This document shows, one piece after another, positions 1 to 11,494 of a DNA stretch of 64,000 bases. Each line of letters starts with the position of its first letter. Position 1 is the stretch's first letter. Origin of the DNA: Octopus sinensis (taxonomy: Eukaryota). The position numbers and the translations under genes are program-made. The stretch covers positions 62,446,464 through 62,510,463 of the forward strand of contig NC_043011.1 in assembly GCF_006345805.1 (NCBI RefSeq), given 5' to 3'. The notes beneath the pieces were generated by a model. The model was given only the letters and a program-made list of their open reading frames with translations. It made no database searches and was not told the origin of the DNA.

Positions 1-62
1 TCTCTTTGGCCTCAGTTAAGACACAAGAGTTGAGGGTTTGTTATCGTCTGAATCGGTTGAAG

Positions 63-117
<55 letters not shown>

Positions 118-118
<1 letters not shown>

Positions 119-271
119 TTTATTTAAAGCAGCAGAAAATTCAGCAAAACCTGTTACTCTGAGTTTCCCGTTGCCATTCATCGGACAGTTTTCTAGAAAA
201 ACTGTCCGACGAACGGCAACGGGAAACTCAGAGTAACAGGTTTGTTGAATATTCTGCTGCTTTAAATAAAG
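118..271. repeat. 154-bp imperfect palindrome centred on CTAG (193-196); each arm carries a degenerate hammerhead-like motif
   Basis: ctttatttaaagcagcagaa... pairs with ...ttctgctgctttaaataaag; right arm reads tgt-CCGACGA-a-cg gcaa cg-g-GAAA-ctcagag-TA-aca (203-238). Confidence 0.85.
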
Positions 272-447
272 CATATTACTCTACCACTGGTATTTGAGTA
301 GTCTTTTTCCACCTTGTTTCACATTTATGTGTTTACTCCGGTATATATATATTATATATATATATATATATAATGTAAATTAGAGATAAAACCACTATTA
401 TGTAACTCAAACAGTAAGTTTGGAGTGACACTACCTAATATTATATA

Positions 448-506
<59 letters not shown>

Positions 507-599
507 TGTGTGTGTGCATGTGTCTGCGCGCGCGTGTGTAAATTTGTATTAATGTGAACATGTGAATGTGTACTTACGACTCGCCGGCTGCTACTATAG

Positions 600-1250
600 T
601 AATCTACATGTTTTTCATATGTTTAGAATGGGAAACTCACATGCAGAATCTCTGGGACGTTTCGCGGATTTTGACTGTTCCATCGATTGATTGTATTTGC
701 AAGAATTAATTTCATTTGTTCTTTCTTTAAGAAGCCCCTTGCGTTTCTGGTTTTCTTCGGTTGTGACGGTTACAGGACATCCAGACTTTGGATCATCTTC
801 AAGTCTCTCTCTTCTCCTCCTAAATTCAACTGCTCACATTTGCATTGTTGATAAAACTGAAGCACCATCTCCTAATGTGGGAAGCATGTCAGCATGAGTT
901 TCCCTTGGGGGCTAGAGCCCTATTCTGGCGGCAATTCATAGCACCACGATGCCGAAGTCTGACAATTTTCAAGAGAAGTCGCTAGAAGATACATTTGAAT
1001 TCTTTGTGGAACAGAGAAATATCAGTTTATCTGGAAAGAAACGATGCAGTTATCAATAAGAAAGGTTGAAATGAATCCATGCAAGATGTCATAAGTCTAA
1101 CATCTTCCGTTTATAGTCAGCCTCTGAACGTTTCTGCCCATCGTCTTACAAATATACGACTGGTTTCTACCCATCTCTTGAATTCATTCAGAAAGCATTC
1201 GTTCACTCAGAGCTGCAACAGATCTCTGCCCAACATGGTCACGTAGTGCT
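600..1250 (-). pseudogene. Decayed mariner-type transposase fragment (N-terminal HTH region) with probable 5' flank
   Basis: Minus-strand translation ...ALAPKETHADMLPTLGDGASVLSTMQM*AVEFRRRRERLEDDPKSGCPVTVTTEEN resembles the mariner EDDPRSGRP motif; contains stops and frameshifts. Confidence 0.7.
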
Positions 1251-1524
1251 GGACCTATTAGTTTTAAGTATGTATGTATGTATGTATGTATGTATGTATG
1301 TATGTATGTATGTATGTATGTATGTATGTATGTATGTATGTATGTATGTCCGTACGTTTGTGTGTGTGTATGTGCGTGTATGAAAGTTTGTAGGTAGGCA
1401 TGAAAGTAGATATGAGTTCATGTATGTTTGAATGCATTTCGATTCTCAATAATTTTGGCAAGAAATTTGATGTGAAACAGTGTTTGCGAATATTACTACA
1501 CATCGGGCGAAACACACACACACA

Positions 1525-1594
<70 letters not shown>

Positions 1595-2174
1595 ACACAC
1601 ACACACACACACGCACACACACACATTGGAAGAGGATATACTTCGGTTTAAGTTTAGTTATGAACTAATTTGTCATAAATTTTTCGTTGGGTGAAGAGAA
1701 CTGCAACAAGTTCATTTAGTATATTTATTAGTAATATCAACCGTCCAGTGTAGTAGAATACGTCCGTCCGTCCATCCATCCATCCATCCATACTACACAC
1801 ATACATACTTACACAGATCCAAACATACATACACATACTTACACACACAAACACATACACACACACACATATATAAGTAGAGAGAGAGAAAGAGAGAGAG
1901 AGGGGGGAGAAAGAGAGTTATTAAGGAAGTGCTCAGGTGTAAAGAATGAGTCGATTTCTTTCAATGTCAGCACGACGACCGAATTGTAGAGAATGCAAAA
2001 GAACTCTCAGGTGGTCGTAGAGACAGAAAAGATGGAGATGAAGAAGACGTGGAGGAGTGACTTAGTAGTAGTAGTAATAGTGCAAGAAGAAGCGGAAGAT
2101 TACGTATTTATGTATGTATGTATGCGCATGTGTGCATGCATATATATGTATGTATATATATATATATATATATA

Positions 2175-2211
<37 letters not shown>

Positions 2212-2289
2212 TGTATATGTATGTCTATCTATCTATTTATCTATCTATCTATCTGTCTATCTATCTATCTAACTATCCGTCTGTGTGTG

Positions 2290-2320
<31 letters not shown>

Positions 2321-2764
2321 TTATCTACACACACACACACACACATGTGTATACGTATTGATGTATTTTAAAATTACAATTATTATTGTTGTTGTTGTTA
2401 TTGTTGTATTCGTTATATGCGATATATATGTATATATGTATGTATATATATAAATATGTGTGTGTGTGTATATATACATACACACACATATGTATATATG
2501 TATGTATACAACACACACACACACACACGCACACACGCGCACAAAGGATTAGAGAATGTATTCGAAATACACTTTCGCTTAGAATGGTTTCAACAGGTAA
2601 GTGCAAACAAGTGGAGCGGTTAAGGCCCTCCCATTGCGTTATCTGTGTGATGTGGCTTCTACTTAAAGATTGCTATCGATTACAGGTGCATTAGTACATA
2701 AGAATCAATAATATATATTTGGTAAAATTGAATCTAGATTTCCCTCATCATCATTTAAGCAAAG

Positions 2765-3040
2765 CGTGCAAAAAGACTGGAAAGCGATGGGGATGACAAT
2801 GGGCTCGCCATCGTACCCTGTATTTGCTAAAAGCTACGTAAGGGAATTTTAAATAAAGGGACTTACAAGAGATACATTCTCTTGAGGATATATCGGTGTT
2901 AATATTTAATATTTAATAGTGCTTCATCGTTTGAATGCATTGTGAAGGTTTCTCACTCTGGAAGAATATTTAATTGCTAGAAATATCGTCTCACTGTAGT
3001 GAATGGATGTAGGTGTTCAATCCTAGATGAAACCAGTTCA
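2765..3040 (+). pseudogene. Possible highly decayed PLE reverse-transcriptase fragment
   Basis: Translation AMGMTMGSPSYPVFAKSYVREF followed by YKRYI..(E)DI resembles the PLE RT motifs G.AMGSPLSP.LAN and RYVDDI; broken frame. Confidence 0.4.
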
Positions 3041-3257
3041 AACAAATCTCTGATAAAAAAAAACGTTCTAAGCACAACCTTGCTGTATTTATACCTATTA
3101 AACAGGCACAAAGAATAAAAACTTCTTATTTGTACAACACACTGAATGGTATAAATTGCTCGTTTCTCCCTTGTTCCAACTATTAGAAGGGAAGGATTCA
3201 TTTGGTCAGACGCTTTTTTTAGCAAATATAAGCTAAATGGAATGAGGTGTATCATAT

Positions 3258-3663
3258 CTCTTTCTCTCTTTTCTCTTTTACTTGTTTCAGTCATTTGACT
3301 GCGGCCATTCTGGAGCACCGCCTCTAGTCGAGTAAATCGACCCCAGGACTTATTCTTTGTAAGCCTATTACTTATTCTATCAGTCTCTTTTGCTGAACCG
3401 CTAAGTAACGGGGACGTAAATACACCAGCATCGGTTGTCAAGCGATGTTGGGAGGACAAACACAGAAACACACACACATATATATATATATACATATATA
3501 CGACCGGCTTCTTTCAGTTTCCGTCTACCAAATCCACTCACAAGGCTTTGGTCGGCCCAAGGCTATAGTAGAAGACACTTGCCCAAAGTGCCACACAGTG
3601 GGATTGAACCCGGAACCATGTGGTTGGTAAGCAAGCTACTTACCACACAGCCACTCCTGCGCC
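3258..3663 (-). mobile_element. tRNA-derived SINE, family A, full length
   Basis: Reverse complement begins ggcgcaggagtggctgtgtggtaag with A/B-box-like head, internal TA/TG tract and (taaaagag) tail; similar copies recur across the window. Confidence 0.85.
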
Positions 3664-3834
3664 TATATAATCGTAATACATTTATCTAAGTCAATTTGCT
3701 TCACTAGTTTTAACTATAAAATGTTTCATATTCGTATAGAGAATTTGCCATTTCGATTTAAATGAATTCCTTTATTATGAAGTAATTAAGGGTCCATTAA
3801 TTACGTTATTCACATTACAGAAGAAGAAACACTT

Positions 3835-3838
<4 letters not shown>

Positions 3839-3918
<80 letters not shown>
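3839..3918. repeat. (GA)n microsatellite
   Basis: Direct reading. Confidence 0.95.
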
Positions 3919-3920
<2 letters not shown>

Positions 3921-4268
3921 GAGTGAGAGACGAGAGAGAAGAGAGATGAGAGAAGAGAGAGAAAAGAGTAGGGCGAGAAATAGAGATGTACAATAAAAGC
4001 TTTTCTCATTTCTCAAGGGGGAAGTTATTAACAATTTCTTCCCCAATCTGTTAATAACAAAACATAAATGTAACGAGCTGATATCTAAAACCTGAGTTGA
4101 TGAGTTATAAAACTTCGGTCTTTATTAAAACGAATGACCGACAGGAAAATAAACAGCGACACTTGCTTTGTGAGCAGATAATAGCAAAGCCAACTGATGT
4201 TATATGCTAGGACATTCTTAATTAATTAATATCTTTGGTTTATTAGGCGGGGGATTGGCTGTGTGAAT

Positions 4269-4830
4269 AGGCGCAGGAGTGGCTGTGTGGTAAGTAGCTC
4301 GCTTACCGGGAAGAGTATAGCTATCAGCTGAGTTCATCATTGAGATTGTGCCGCGTCCTTCCCTTAGCGGGGAGAGGAAGGCCGTTTTTTCTGCGTGGTG
4401 ACCATATTGAAAGAAACAGTATGGAAGACGCGGTTGAAAGGGATTGTGACGGGTACCTTCGTATCTGGCCAGGGGTTAGTCAACTTTTTTAGTTACCACC
4501 TCAGCAGTAAGATCAGGCTGGAAAAGAGGTACCTGTCACATGAAAAATTCAGAAAAAGATGGAAGCTTATGGGGAGAAAGCTGGGAGTAACTGGCACCAA
4601 GTGAGCGGAGCCACGAAAAGAAAGCAAAGGTCCTACTCTGTGTATTGCCTTGTGGCAAATATTATAAAATAATGTAGCCCGCTTACCAGCCATATGGTTC
4701 CGAGTTCAGTCCCACTGCGTGTCACCTTGAGCATGTATCTTTTACTATAGCCTTAAGCCAACCAAAGCCATGTGAATGGATTTGGTAGACAGAAACTTAA
4801 GATGCCCGTCATATATGTTATATATATATA

Positions 4831-4890
<60 letters not shown>

Positions 4891-5118
4891 GTATATATGT
4901 GTGTGTTTGTATGTCAGTGTTTGTCTCCCACATCATCGCTTGACAACCGATGTTGGTGTGTTTACGTCCCCGTAACGTAGCGGTTTGGCAAAAAAGACTA
5001 GTAGAATAAGTATTAGGCTTACAAAGAATAGGTTCTGGGGTCGATTTGTTCGACTAAAAGGCGGTGCTCCAGCATGGCTGCAGCTAAATGACAGAAACAA
5101 ATAAAAGAATAAAAGAAT
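4269..5118 (+). mobile_element. SINE family A interrupted in its head by a LINE 3' fragment
   Basis: Head 4269-4307 resumes at 4674; remainder matches other family-A copies. Confidence 0.85.
4308..4673 (+). mobile_element. 5'-truncated L1/Tx1-like LINE 3' end with 14-bp target-site duplication
   Basis: ORF KETVWKTRLKG..FVSGQGLVNFFSYHLSSKIRLEKRYLSHEKFRKRW; A-rich tail; gtagctcgcttacc (4294-4307) vs gtagcccgcttacc (4674-4687). Confidence 0.7.
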
Positions 5119-5440
5119 TATGAATTCTCGCATCCTATTTGCCATTGTACTTACTGTCCGCCTCTAAATTGTCCGGCAAGGAACCAGGAATTAGTAGAAA
5201 GAAAGCTAAATCAGAATTTATTTAAAATGAATCGCACAAAAATCTATGAACTGCATTTTGCAACTATAAGATCCCAACGTCGTTCGATCCCACTGCATGG
5301 CAGGCTGGCAAAGTTTCATTTATCAACGGTTCGTGTCGACTCAAGGTAAACCGAGCGCTAGATTACATCATAATACATTAAAAAATTCCACTTAATTGCA
5401 ATTTCCTGGAATGTATTAATAATAGTATGAATAATTCAAT

Positions 5441-5675
5441 AGCGGCGAACTTGCAGAATCGTTTGCCCGACGGGAGAAATGCTTAGCGGTATTTCATCTG
5501 CCGTTATGTTCTGAGTTCAAATTCCGCCGAGGTCGACTTTGCTTTTCATCCTTTTGGGGTCGATTAAATAAGTACCAGTTACGCACTGGGGTCGATGTAA
5601 TCGACTTAATCCGTTTGTCTGTCCTTGTTTGTCCTCTCTGTGTTTAGCCTCTTGTGGGTGATAAGGAAATAGGTA
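5441..5675 (+). mobile_element. tRNA-derived SINE, family B
   Basis: gcggcgaacttgcagaatcg...gagttcaaattccgccgaggtcgacttt...ggggtcgat; many related copies in window. Confidence 0.8.
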
Positions 5676-6285
5676 TCAATAATTCAATGGGGGTCATATT
5701 GCCTCACTCACTGTAGCATAATTATTCTGTTTGAGGGTTTATGTGAAGGTTACATGTTACTGCGGAGTACTCAAGCATTCACGCAGTAAACCATTGACCA
5801 TTATATTCAGCTTATCGAACAATTCAGCACTCGTCGTAGAAACCGAGGGAGATCCATTTTAATATTTAAATGCGCCATTTTTAAACGATAACAAAAATAC
5901 AAATGTCCGTTTTCTGGAATACAAATGCCCCCTTATATTCTCTGCCTCATAAACGTCTGTAATAAACTTCACATCAATTGATAATGAATTTACTGGTAAC
6001 CGCTAGATGGCACTTGAACTGTTCAAATCAGTTTTCAAGTTTTCCTTGAAACACTGTCTTCTATGTTAAAAATGGCAGCCAATTGGTTAAGGGAGGTTTG
6101 ATGGGTAGAAATTGTGAGGGCGTCGATCGAATGCTTCCTGGCGAATGTTCTGGTATTTTGCATTCCGGGAGAATGAAAATGCTGCCGAGGTAAACCTTGT
6201 CTTTTATTTATCCATCTTCTGCGTTTGATATAAAAAGGTACCAGTAAAGAATTGGAAGTAGATACACTCTCATTCTTTCATTCAT

Positions 6286-6336
<51 letters not shown>

Positions 6337-6473
6337 CTCTCTCTCTCTCTCTCTCTCAGAATCGGTAAACCACCGCCTGTTTCTTGTCATTCAAGTAAGG
6401 ATGACAGTTGTTACCAAGCTCAAGCAAAAGAAGGGGATTGAGCCAGGAGCAACAAACATTTCTAATAGTAGTA

Positions 6474-6540
<67 letters not shown>

Positions 6541-6784
6541 CAGTAGTAGTAGTAGTGGTAGTAGCAGTAGAAGTAGCAGCAGTAATAGTAGTAGTAGTAA
6601 TGATGCCGATGAATGACATTACTCGCCAAAGTGGGTAGGGGGGCTCCAACACACTGAGAACAATATCAAAGTAGAAATACAACACAGAGTGAGTGGAGCT
6701 TGCACAGATCTAAAGTGTATAAAGAGAGGATATAACAAAAAAGAAAAAAAAGACAGAATTCAGAAAATAATGAAATTAATTATT

Positions 6785-7065
6785 TAATTAATGAAATCTG
6801 CACTAGCGGAGCGGTCTGTCTAAGGTAATACGGAGGAGACCACCACACACAAAAAAAACTTCTGTCTCCAATGCATGGGATGTGCCTTATTCCAGTTTTT
6901 CTTCTGCTTAGACAAGGATTTCAAAGTCGATCCATTCAGCCTCACTAGTCTTGCCACTCTCATCCACTTTTCGATAAACACATCATCCTCATCTTCCTCT
7001 TCAAATGATACTTGAAAAGGTGGACGAGATTTTGGCCAGAGAGGAACGTGCTTGTCTTGAAACGT
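6785..7065 (-). mobile_element. L1/Tx1-like LINE 3' end (same C-terminal type as 4308-4673)
   Basis: Frameshifted translation TFLSGQNLVHLFKYHLKRK...FIEKWMRVARLVRLNG, followed by AT-rich tail. Confidence 0.6.
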
Positions 7066-7071
7066 TTCAGA

Positions 7072-7686
7072 AAAGGATGGCTCGTCCGAGAAACTAGCAT
7101 TCTTCCACTGCTCTAGGGACCAATTCTGTAGGTTTTTACTCCACACTCAGCGCTTCAAACCTTTATTATTCAAACTAGTAGTTTTCTGATTGCAGCTCCC
7201 GGCGTACAGGTTTTGCGGAAACTGGGTTCTCAAGGTGGTCATAAAGCTCTGCAGTAATTTTGGGAGCTGTACTTTGGGATCCTTTCTAACAATTAGCGTA
7301 AGAGTTCGACGGTCCCTATCTGAAAGTTTTGGCTTTCTTCTGGGGTTTTGTTTCAACGAGGAGGTTTTTACCTCTTTCTCAAAGTTTGTCATTACTTTTG
7401 AGACAGTATTTCTTGACAAACCAAACATTCGGCTGTTCTCGTTACGTTAGCGCCTGCCATACGAGCACCAACAATTTGACCTCTTTGAAAGTCCGACAGA
7501 TCTGTTATTTTTAAACAATTTTCATTACCTTTTTCTGAGGATATCTGAACACAAACAGCAATTTTAGCAAAACATATTAAGCAACACTAATTATAAATGG
7601 AAAAAAAAAAAACTTTTGACGGTTTTATAGATATTTCAAAATTATGATGCAATGATGCTAAGTGCTTCCATGATTTTGTTCAATCC

Positions 7687-7690
<4 letters not shown>
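7072..7690 (-). pseudogene. Tc1-family transposon 5' part (TIR, HTH domain, up to first catalytic Asp)
   Basis: TA-cagggattgaacaaaat TIR-like end at 7690; MFGLSRNTVSKVM..RKPKLSDRDRRTL; FSDEPSF at the breakpoint; paralogous to 26710-27897. Confidence 0.8.
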
Positions 7691-7755
<65 letters not shown>

Positions 7756-7906
7756 GTGAAATAGAAAGATGAATAATCTTGTAGTAGATTAATCAAAAGT
7801 TTAACCGATACCTTAGTAGCAAAAATCACAGCAGTAAACAGCACGGTTGGAGGTACAACCATATGGTGTTGCAACCGTGCGTTGGTGCGGATAATTGAAA
7901 TTAAAA

Positions 7907-8290
7907 TATTATTGGTGAATTGAAGAAATGGAGCTGAACGCAGATTGAACAGAAATCGTTTTATTTCATTCTACACGTGTTTCGAAAGGCACAATTTACC
8001 AAAATCCGATTGAATAATGGGACCATATTGTGTCTTTCTCTTCAGGAAGAAAATAGGAAATCCGTTGGAAACAAAAACAGAACAGAGGCGGAGCAAAAAC
8101 AAATCGAACTAGGCTCCTAAGAGCCCATGGCGAAACTGTTTATCAGTGTATGTTGAGAACCGGTGGCTGAAGAATTTAACGGGTCAGGCATCGGTCAATC
8201 ATGTGGGTGAGGGTGTATAGATGTTCTTTGTGACCGAGAATAAAGTTCTGACTATTTAAGGAATATTGGATGTTTTATAAGGGGCGAGAA
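7907..8290 (-). repeat. Left arm of 384-bp perfect inverted repeat (pLTR-like)
   Basis: Compared line by line with the reverse complement of 9441-9824; no mismatch seen. Confidence 0.95.
7969..8048 (-). ncRNA. Minimal type-I hammerhead ribozyme, sense to the ORF and downstream of it
   Basis: Exact reverse complement of 9683-9762. Confidence 0.8.
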
Positions 8291-8669
8291 TAAATCTACT
8301 TAGAGACGTGTGTGTGTGTATACTGTTCTATATATGTGTGTGTTGGCGTAGGGGTAGAAAACATTTTTTGTGTACGTGTGTGCGTTTGAACGTTCGGCTG
8401 TCAGTGGCTACTGCAGTGAGAACCGTTGGGTGGCAGAAAAAAAAAATATATATTATGTTTTATGTGTGTGTGTGTTTATCTAAGCCTGCCTTGTCAAGGA
8501 AACCCTCCGTTGTGAAAAAACCAAGCCCCGTTTATCTTACAGGAGTAATTCCCCTTGCAGTGGTTAATCGTAGATATCTTAAAGGCTATTTCAGAATTTG
8601 TTACCAAGGGCTATGGGTGCCGATATTATTTATAAACGCTATTTAAAAGCCAGATAAGTGTAACGCCGA

Positions 8670-9461
8670 CTATAAAAGCCCGTTTACCATCCGGCCTCTG
8701 GCAAACAAAATATGGAAGAGTTCGGAGACACAAAGGTTGCACTGCCTTCTGCCCCTATCAAATGGGAGGTCCACCGACAAAATTGACCATTCCAGCCTGT
8801 AGCTTAAGTTCGTATCCTTCAGTCGCCATACTAGCTTACTGAGTCCCGTGGTCTGGCGCTTGTTCATGTCCCGAAAAGTTGCGTAATGGTTGGAGACCCG
8901 CAAAGACAATCTTGAGGATGAGGCCCCTACATAAGTGAAGACATCTGAGTCCGTGTAAACCTTGCATTGGTAGACGGCGTTTTTGATCTTGGAGTTCGCC
9001 GACGTGAATCTTATTCTGCTAGGATTAGTTTCTGAAATTAGAACTCCGTTCCTGTCACTATATTCGTTCCGAGACCTGCAGCCGCTTACTACTCTATTTT
9101 CCACTACGTCACTATTAACTATAGGAATAACCCCTGAATCTCCACTATCTATCAGAGTGCTGTCATTGCTAGTGCCCGTGGTGCTGCTATTGCGGGAAAT
9201 GATGCTGGGGATGCTATTGTGGCTCACTACCCTACTCCCATTGTTACCGTCAACCACAACACCCCTATTTATAACTATACCCCTAGTGGGTACTCCCTGG
9301 CTGGAGCTGAGATTATGTGTCACTGTACTGGCTCCCATATCATTATTACTACTATAATTATTCCTACTGAACATTAAACCGGGAGCGGAAGAGGCTGTAC
9401 CTCCGGAAAAAGGTGATAGGGTCTTAGTAAGTAGCCTATTTTCTCGCCCCTTATAAAACAT
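8670..9461 (-). CDS. GIY-YIG endonuclease (Neptune-like PLE type) with a low-complexity S/N/G/V-rich N-terminus and no RT domain, 263 aa
   Basis: AVYQCKV..TYVG..RVSNH..LSKLVWRLK..WSIL..CNLCVSELFHIL..MVN supplies the expected Y, Y-G, R, H, E and N residues; frame uninterrupted. Confidence 0.75.
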   Translation of the reverse strand: MFYKGRENRLLTKTLSPFSGGTASSAPGLMFSRNNYSSNNDMGASTVTHNLSSSQGVPTRGIVINRGVVVDGNNGSRVVSHNSIPSIISRNSSTTGTSNDSTLIDSGDSGVIPIVNSDVVENRVVSGCRSRNEYSDRNGVLISETNPSRIRFTSANSKIKNAVYQCKVYTDSDVFTYVGASSSRLSLRVSNHYATFRDMNKRQTTGLSKLVWRLKDTNLSYRLEWSILSVDLPFDRGRRQCNLCVSELFHILFARGRMVNGLL

Positions 9462-9820
9462 CCAATATTCCTTAAATAGTCAGAACTTTATTCTCGGTCA
9501 CAAAGAACATCTATACACCCTCACCCACATGATTGACCGATGCCTGACCCGTTAAATTCTTCAGCCACCGGTTCTCAACATACACTGATAAACAGTTTCG
9601 CCATGGGCTCTTAGGAGCCTAGTTCGATTTGTTTTTGCTCCGCCTCTGTTCTGTTTTTGTTTCCAACGGATTTCCTATTTTCTTCCTGAAGAGAAAGACA
9701 CAATATGGTCCCATTATTCAATCGGATTTTGGTAAATTGTGCCTTTCGAAACACGTGTAGAATGAAATAAAACGATTTCTGTTCAATCTGCGTTCAGCTC
9801 CATTTCTTCAATTCACCAAT

Positions 9821-9824
<4 letters not shown>
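9441..9824 (+). repeat. Right arm of 384-bp perfect inverted repeat
   Basis: See left arm. Confidence 0.95.
9683..9762 (+). ncRNA. Minimal type-I hammerhead ribozyme with extended stem II
   Basis: ttc-CTGAAGA-gaaag..(cacaat/attgtg)..ctttc-GAAA-cacgtg-TA-gaa: 3-bp stem I, intact core, palindromic stem III, GUA cleavage triplet. Confidence 0.8.
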
Positions 9825-9917
<93 letters not shown>

Positions 9918-10042
9918 CGAGAGAAATAGATAGAGAGAGAGAGAGGGCGGGAGAGGAGAAAGAAAGAGAGACACACGTAGATTGTTGACGGTCGATAATT
10001 TAGATGACAAAAAAGACATAATTTAGATGACAAAAAAGAAAT

Positions 10043-10124
10043 ATATGATGCAGGGGAAATAACTCTCCCATCCTAATATTTGTTAATATATTAGGATGGG
10101 AGAGTTATTTCTCCTGTATTATAT
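10043..10124. repeat. Short hairpin (about 32-bp arms, 8-nt loop); possible MITE remnant
   Basis: atgcaggggaaataactctcccatcctaatat / atattaggatgggagagttatttctcctgtat, 2 mismatches. Confidence 0.8.
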
Positions 10125-10659
10125 TTTTTCTTTCTACCGTACTTTAATGGAGAAATGTCTTAGTTATGTCCCCTGTCAATCTCCCGGCTTCGAATCCATG
10201 ATGTGGGTTAGTATGCACAGATTACAACCGTTGTTCTTGCTTTATGCGAGTCTATGACGCTAATGATGAACGTATACTAACATACGTGTACTTTAACATG
10301 AATGTGTAAAACTATGTTACGTAGATGCTTGCATTCAGACACACACAAATATATTGTTGAAATTTCAATGAAGGAGTTTGCAATCTAGCTTTGAAACCGG
10401 CTCGTTCTCTACTGGTAAGAATTCTTGAAATAAAACTGAATAATGACATACACACATACATACATCCATCCATCCATCCATTCATACATACACACATGCA
10501 CACATACACATCCATCCATCCATCCATTCATCCATCCATCCATACATACATACGTATACACATACATACATACATACATACATACATACATACATACATA
10601 CATACATACATACATACGTATACACATACATACGTAAACACATACATACGTATACACAT

Positions 10660-11454
10660 ACAAGGTAATTGCCTCATCTTTAGAGATGATTGCCATGTCC
10701 CTGTGCTTCCTTTTTGTCAATAGAATTTCTGACCTTCCACTCATGACTTCTCATTTTACTATTAAATCCTACTACAGATTTGTATGGTTTGAACGGTGGG
10801 TGAGAGACGAAAGATGTAACATGAACTGGAATGATCGCATCACTCTGAGATCGGATCTCCGTCTGATATACCTCGAAATCCACTTGTACGCCCTTTCACA
10901 TACCACCCACGTTGAGTCACTTGGCTTAAATGGAAGGACATTGCATGCATTTTATACTTCGTGGGATTTCAGGCTTTTGACCTCCCATCTTTGGAGATAG
11001 ACTACACGTCCACAAATTCTACACCACCGGCAGTTTATGCTCTTATAGAGGTTCTGAATACAGCCACATGGAATCCAACTTTTTAGACGTTCTTGCTGTA
11101 GATAACTTTCTTGAAATATTTATCATAACCTTCAAATATATGCTTCCTCCATTCAACCCTTCCGAAAGCTAATTCTTCCCACTTTTATATATCAAGTTAC
11201 AGTTCCTTCAGGTTGCCTTTTTTGTGGCTTATACTGGAGACACATTCCAGCAGCTTTGGCATTCTATTATCTCCCATAACGCATAATATGACCTTCCCAA
11301 CACAACTCTGTAGATATTATGCATCCACCCTTTGAAAGGTCTCCATCCATTGCACCGATGAATCAGTAAGTGATTGACCTCTGATGACAGTTCATAACCG
11401 GGTTCCCTCTCCCTTGCCTCTCTCTTTCCCTCTCTCCTTCTTTCTCTCCCTCTC

Positions 11455-11494
<40 letters not shown>

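Larger units (their letters stand above)
7753..9824 (-). mobile_element. RT-less Penelope-like element: inverted pLTR + GIY-YIG ORF + pLTR, inserted in a (TA)n array
   Basis: Identical 384-bp inverted repeats 7907-8290 and 9441-9824, each with an HHR; GIY-YIG ORF between them; (TA)n on both sides. Confidence 0.8.

Noticed and set aside
8983-9357. 124-aa hydrophobic ORF on the plus strand
   Set aside because: It is the antisense shadow of the GIY-YIG ORF's low-complexity N-terminus; no independent motif.
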